From contig JBGSUI010000180.1 in assembly GCA_041736175.1 (NCBI GenBank), positions 1 through 36,543 of the forward strand: a stretch of DNA of 36,543 bases, read 5' to 3'. The stretch is from Oligoflexales bacterium (lineage in GTDB: Bacteria; Bdellovibrionota_B; Oligoflexia; Oligoflexales; CAIYRB01). A program made the translations under genes and the position numbers. Position 1 is the first letter of the stretch; each line of letters opens with the position of its first letter. Positions 35,461-36,543 of this stretch are shown here, piece by piece. Below the pieces are notes generated by a model. That model saw only the letters and a program-made list of their open reading frames with translations, searched no databases and was not told where the DNA came from.

Positions 35461-35734
35461 TCCTCCACCCTCACCCGCCAGGGCGGTGTTCAAGTCATTA
35501 GGCGCGTCCACCCCGTCATCGAAGAGGCTGGTGACCAGGCAAGCTACCGCTTTCTAGAATTCTTCGCCGCATCACTCATTTCGGGCGTAGGGAATCACCG
35601 CTTACCTCGAAGCCGGAGGAACACTCGAAAAAGCCGCAGAAATCGCTGCCCACGCCTCCATCGACACCACAAGGCTTTACGATAGGAGGCCCAGAAAAAT
35701 CGCCATCGGTGAGATTGAACGGATTGGGATTTAA
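35461..35734 (+). pseudogene. Internally deleted tyrosine recombinase/integrase
   Basis: N-terminal piece HPVIEEAGDQASYRFLEFFAA (35461 frame) fused out of frame to the C-terminal piece HSFRA*GITAYLEAGGTLEKAAEIAAHASIDTTRLYDRRPRKIAIGEIERIGI* (35573-35734). Retains HxxR, H and catalytic Y; in-frame TAG at 35588. Confidence 0.88.
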
Positions 35735-35865
35735 CTTTTGATCCTGGGGACCCCTTGAGGAACCTTAAGCGTATCACCACCAAACTGGAACGACGGCGTG
35801 AAGAGCTGAAAAAACTACTGTCGAAGAGCTGATTTGAGTCAGCGGTTAGTGATCTATTTTTTCTG

Positions 35866-35922
35866 TAAATGAACTCGTACTTTTAGCGGGCAAAACGCTG
35901 CTCTATAAACTAAATGAACTCG
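35866..35922 (+). repeat. 12-bp direct repeat
   Basis: TAAATGAACTCG at 35866-35877 and 35911-35922. Confidence 0.6.
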
Positions 35923-36177
35923 ACTATTCGGTCTGGTTTGTAAATAATAGATAGGGTCTAATAGCGATTTGGCCAGAGGCAGCGCAAGTCATTCTCCAGC
36001 TTTGATACAGCCCCTACGCGCCAATAAATCTCGGAAAAATACACAATAAATACAGCATGTTATTTATTTTTACGCATAAAAACACAGAAAAAGCTTTATT
36101 TTTCTCAGAAAAATGCCGATAATATTATGAGATGAGAAATGAGGATACTCTAAATCCTCTTTTATGGAGGTCATTCT

Positions 36178-36543
36178 ATGAGTTCAATCGCTATAAAAAC
36201 AGACGCTGTTGAGCAACTGCAATTAACCTATCATGACAGAGATAGGTGGCCAGAGGTTAGAAGTTGGAATTTAAATCAGATAAAAAAACTATGGGATGAA
36301 GACCCCATGAGGGTGCAGGTTATCAAAGATCCGCGACTGGGTGAAACGTCTTTAGTGATAATGCGCAAGGATAATTTGGAGCAGATTTTAAATCTGATTA
36401 AGGATATTGAAGCCGGCCAGGCCAGCATCTCTCATAATCTTGATTTAGCGATAACCCAAATCGAATGCGTTGAACACGGAGTTTCCAGGCATGACACTGA
36501 ACTGACGGAAAAAGCGGTGAGAGTATTGAAGGGGTTAGTGGCA
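36178..36543 (+). CDS. Hypothetical protein, runs off the window end
   Basis: SD GGAGG then ATG 36178; open for 122 codons (MSSIAIKTDAVEQLQLTYHDRDRWPEVRSW...). Confidence 0.75.
   Translation, partial: MSSIAIKTDAVEQLQLTYHDRDRWPEVRSWNLNQIKKLWDEDPMRVQVIKDPRLGETSLVIMRKDNLEQILNLIKDIEAGQASISHNLDLAITQIECVEHGVSRHDTELTEKAVRVLKGLVA

Noticed and set aside
35595..35783. 62-aa Arg-rich minus-strand ORF
   Set aside because: Antisense to the recombinase C-terminal remnant, which explains the sequence.

Overview
Bacterial chromosome segment, most consistent with a Bdellovibrionota/Oligoflexia-like organism (inferred from gene content). GC-richer housekeeping blocks alternate with AT-richer accessory patches. 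The housekeeping blocks are an archaeal/eukaryote-type proS, addB-addA, a receiver-TPR protein, a maltose-type ABC operon and deoC. The accessory patches hold a HipA kinase followed by an HTH gene with HipB-like operators, three intact and two fragmentary AAA_14/DUF4143 ATPases, a frameshifted gene plus HTH pair, and many secreted lipoproteins (two Zn-proteases, PA14, DPBB-like, VWA) plus a Tat-type 14-repeat RCC1 protein. Three observations stand out. (1) A bacterial lipoprotein at 4397-5383 carries the collinear motif set of fungal heme-thiolate peroxygenases. (2) A 108-bp second copy of the addA 3' end, differing only at synonymous sites, brackets a PA14 cargo gene. (3) A 43-bp tail of a tyrosine recombinase gene sits in that same cassette and matches an internally deleted recombinase pseudogene just after deoC. 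Observations 2 and 3 suggest a family of decayed elements that integrate at 3' ends of housekeeping genes. No rRNA, tRNA or CRISPR array was recognised. All family assignments come from motif recognition by eye; no database searches were run.
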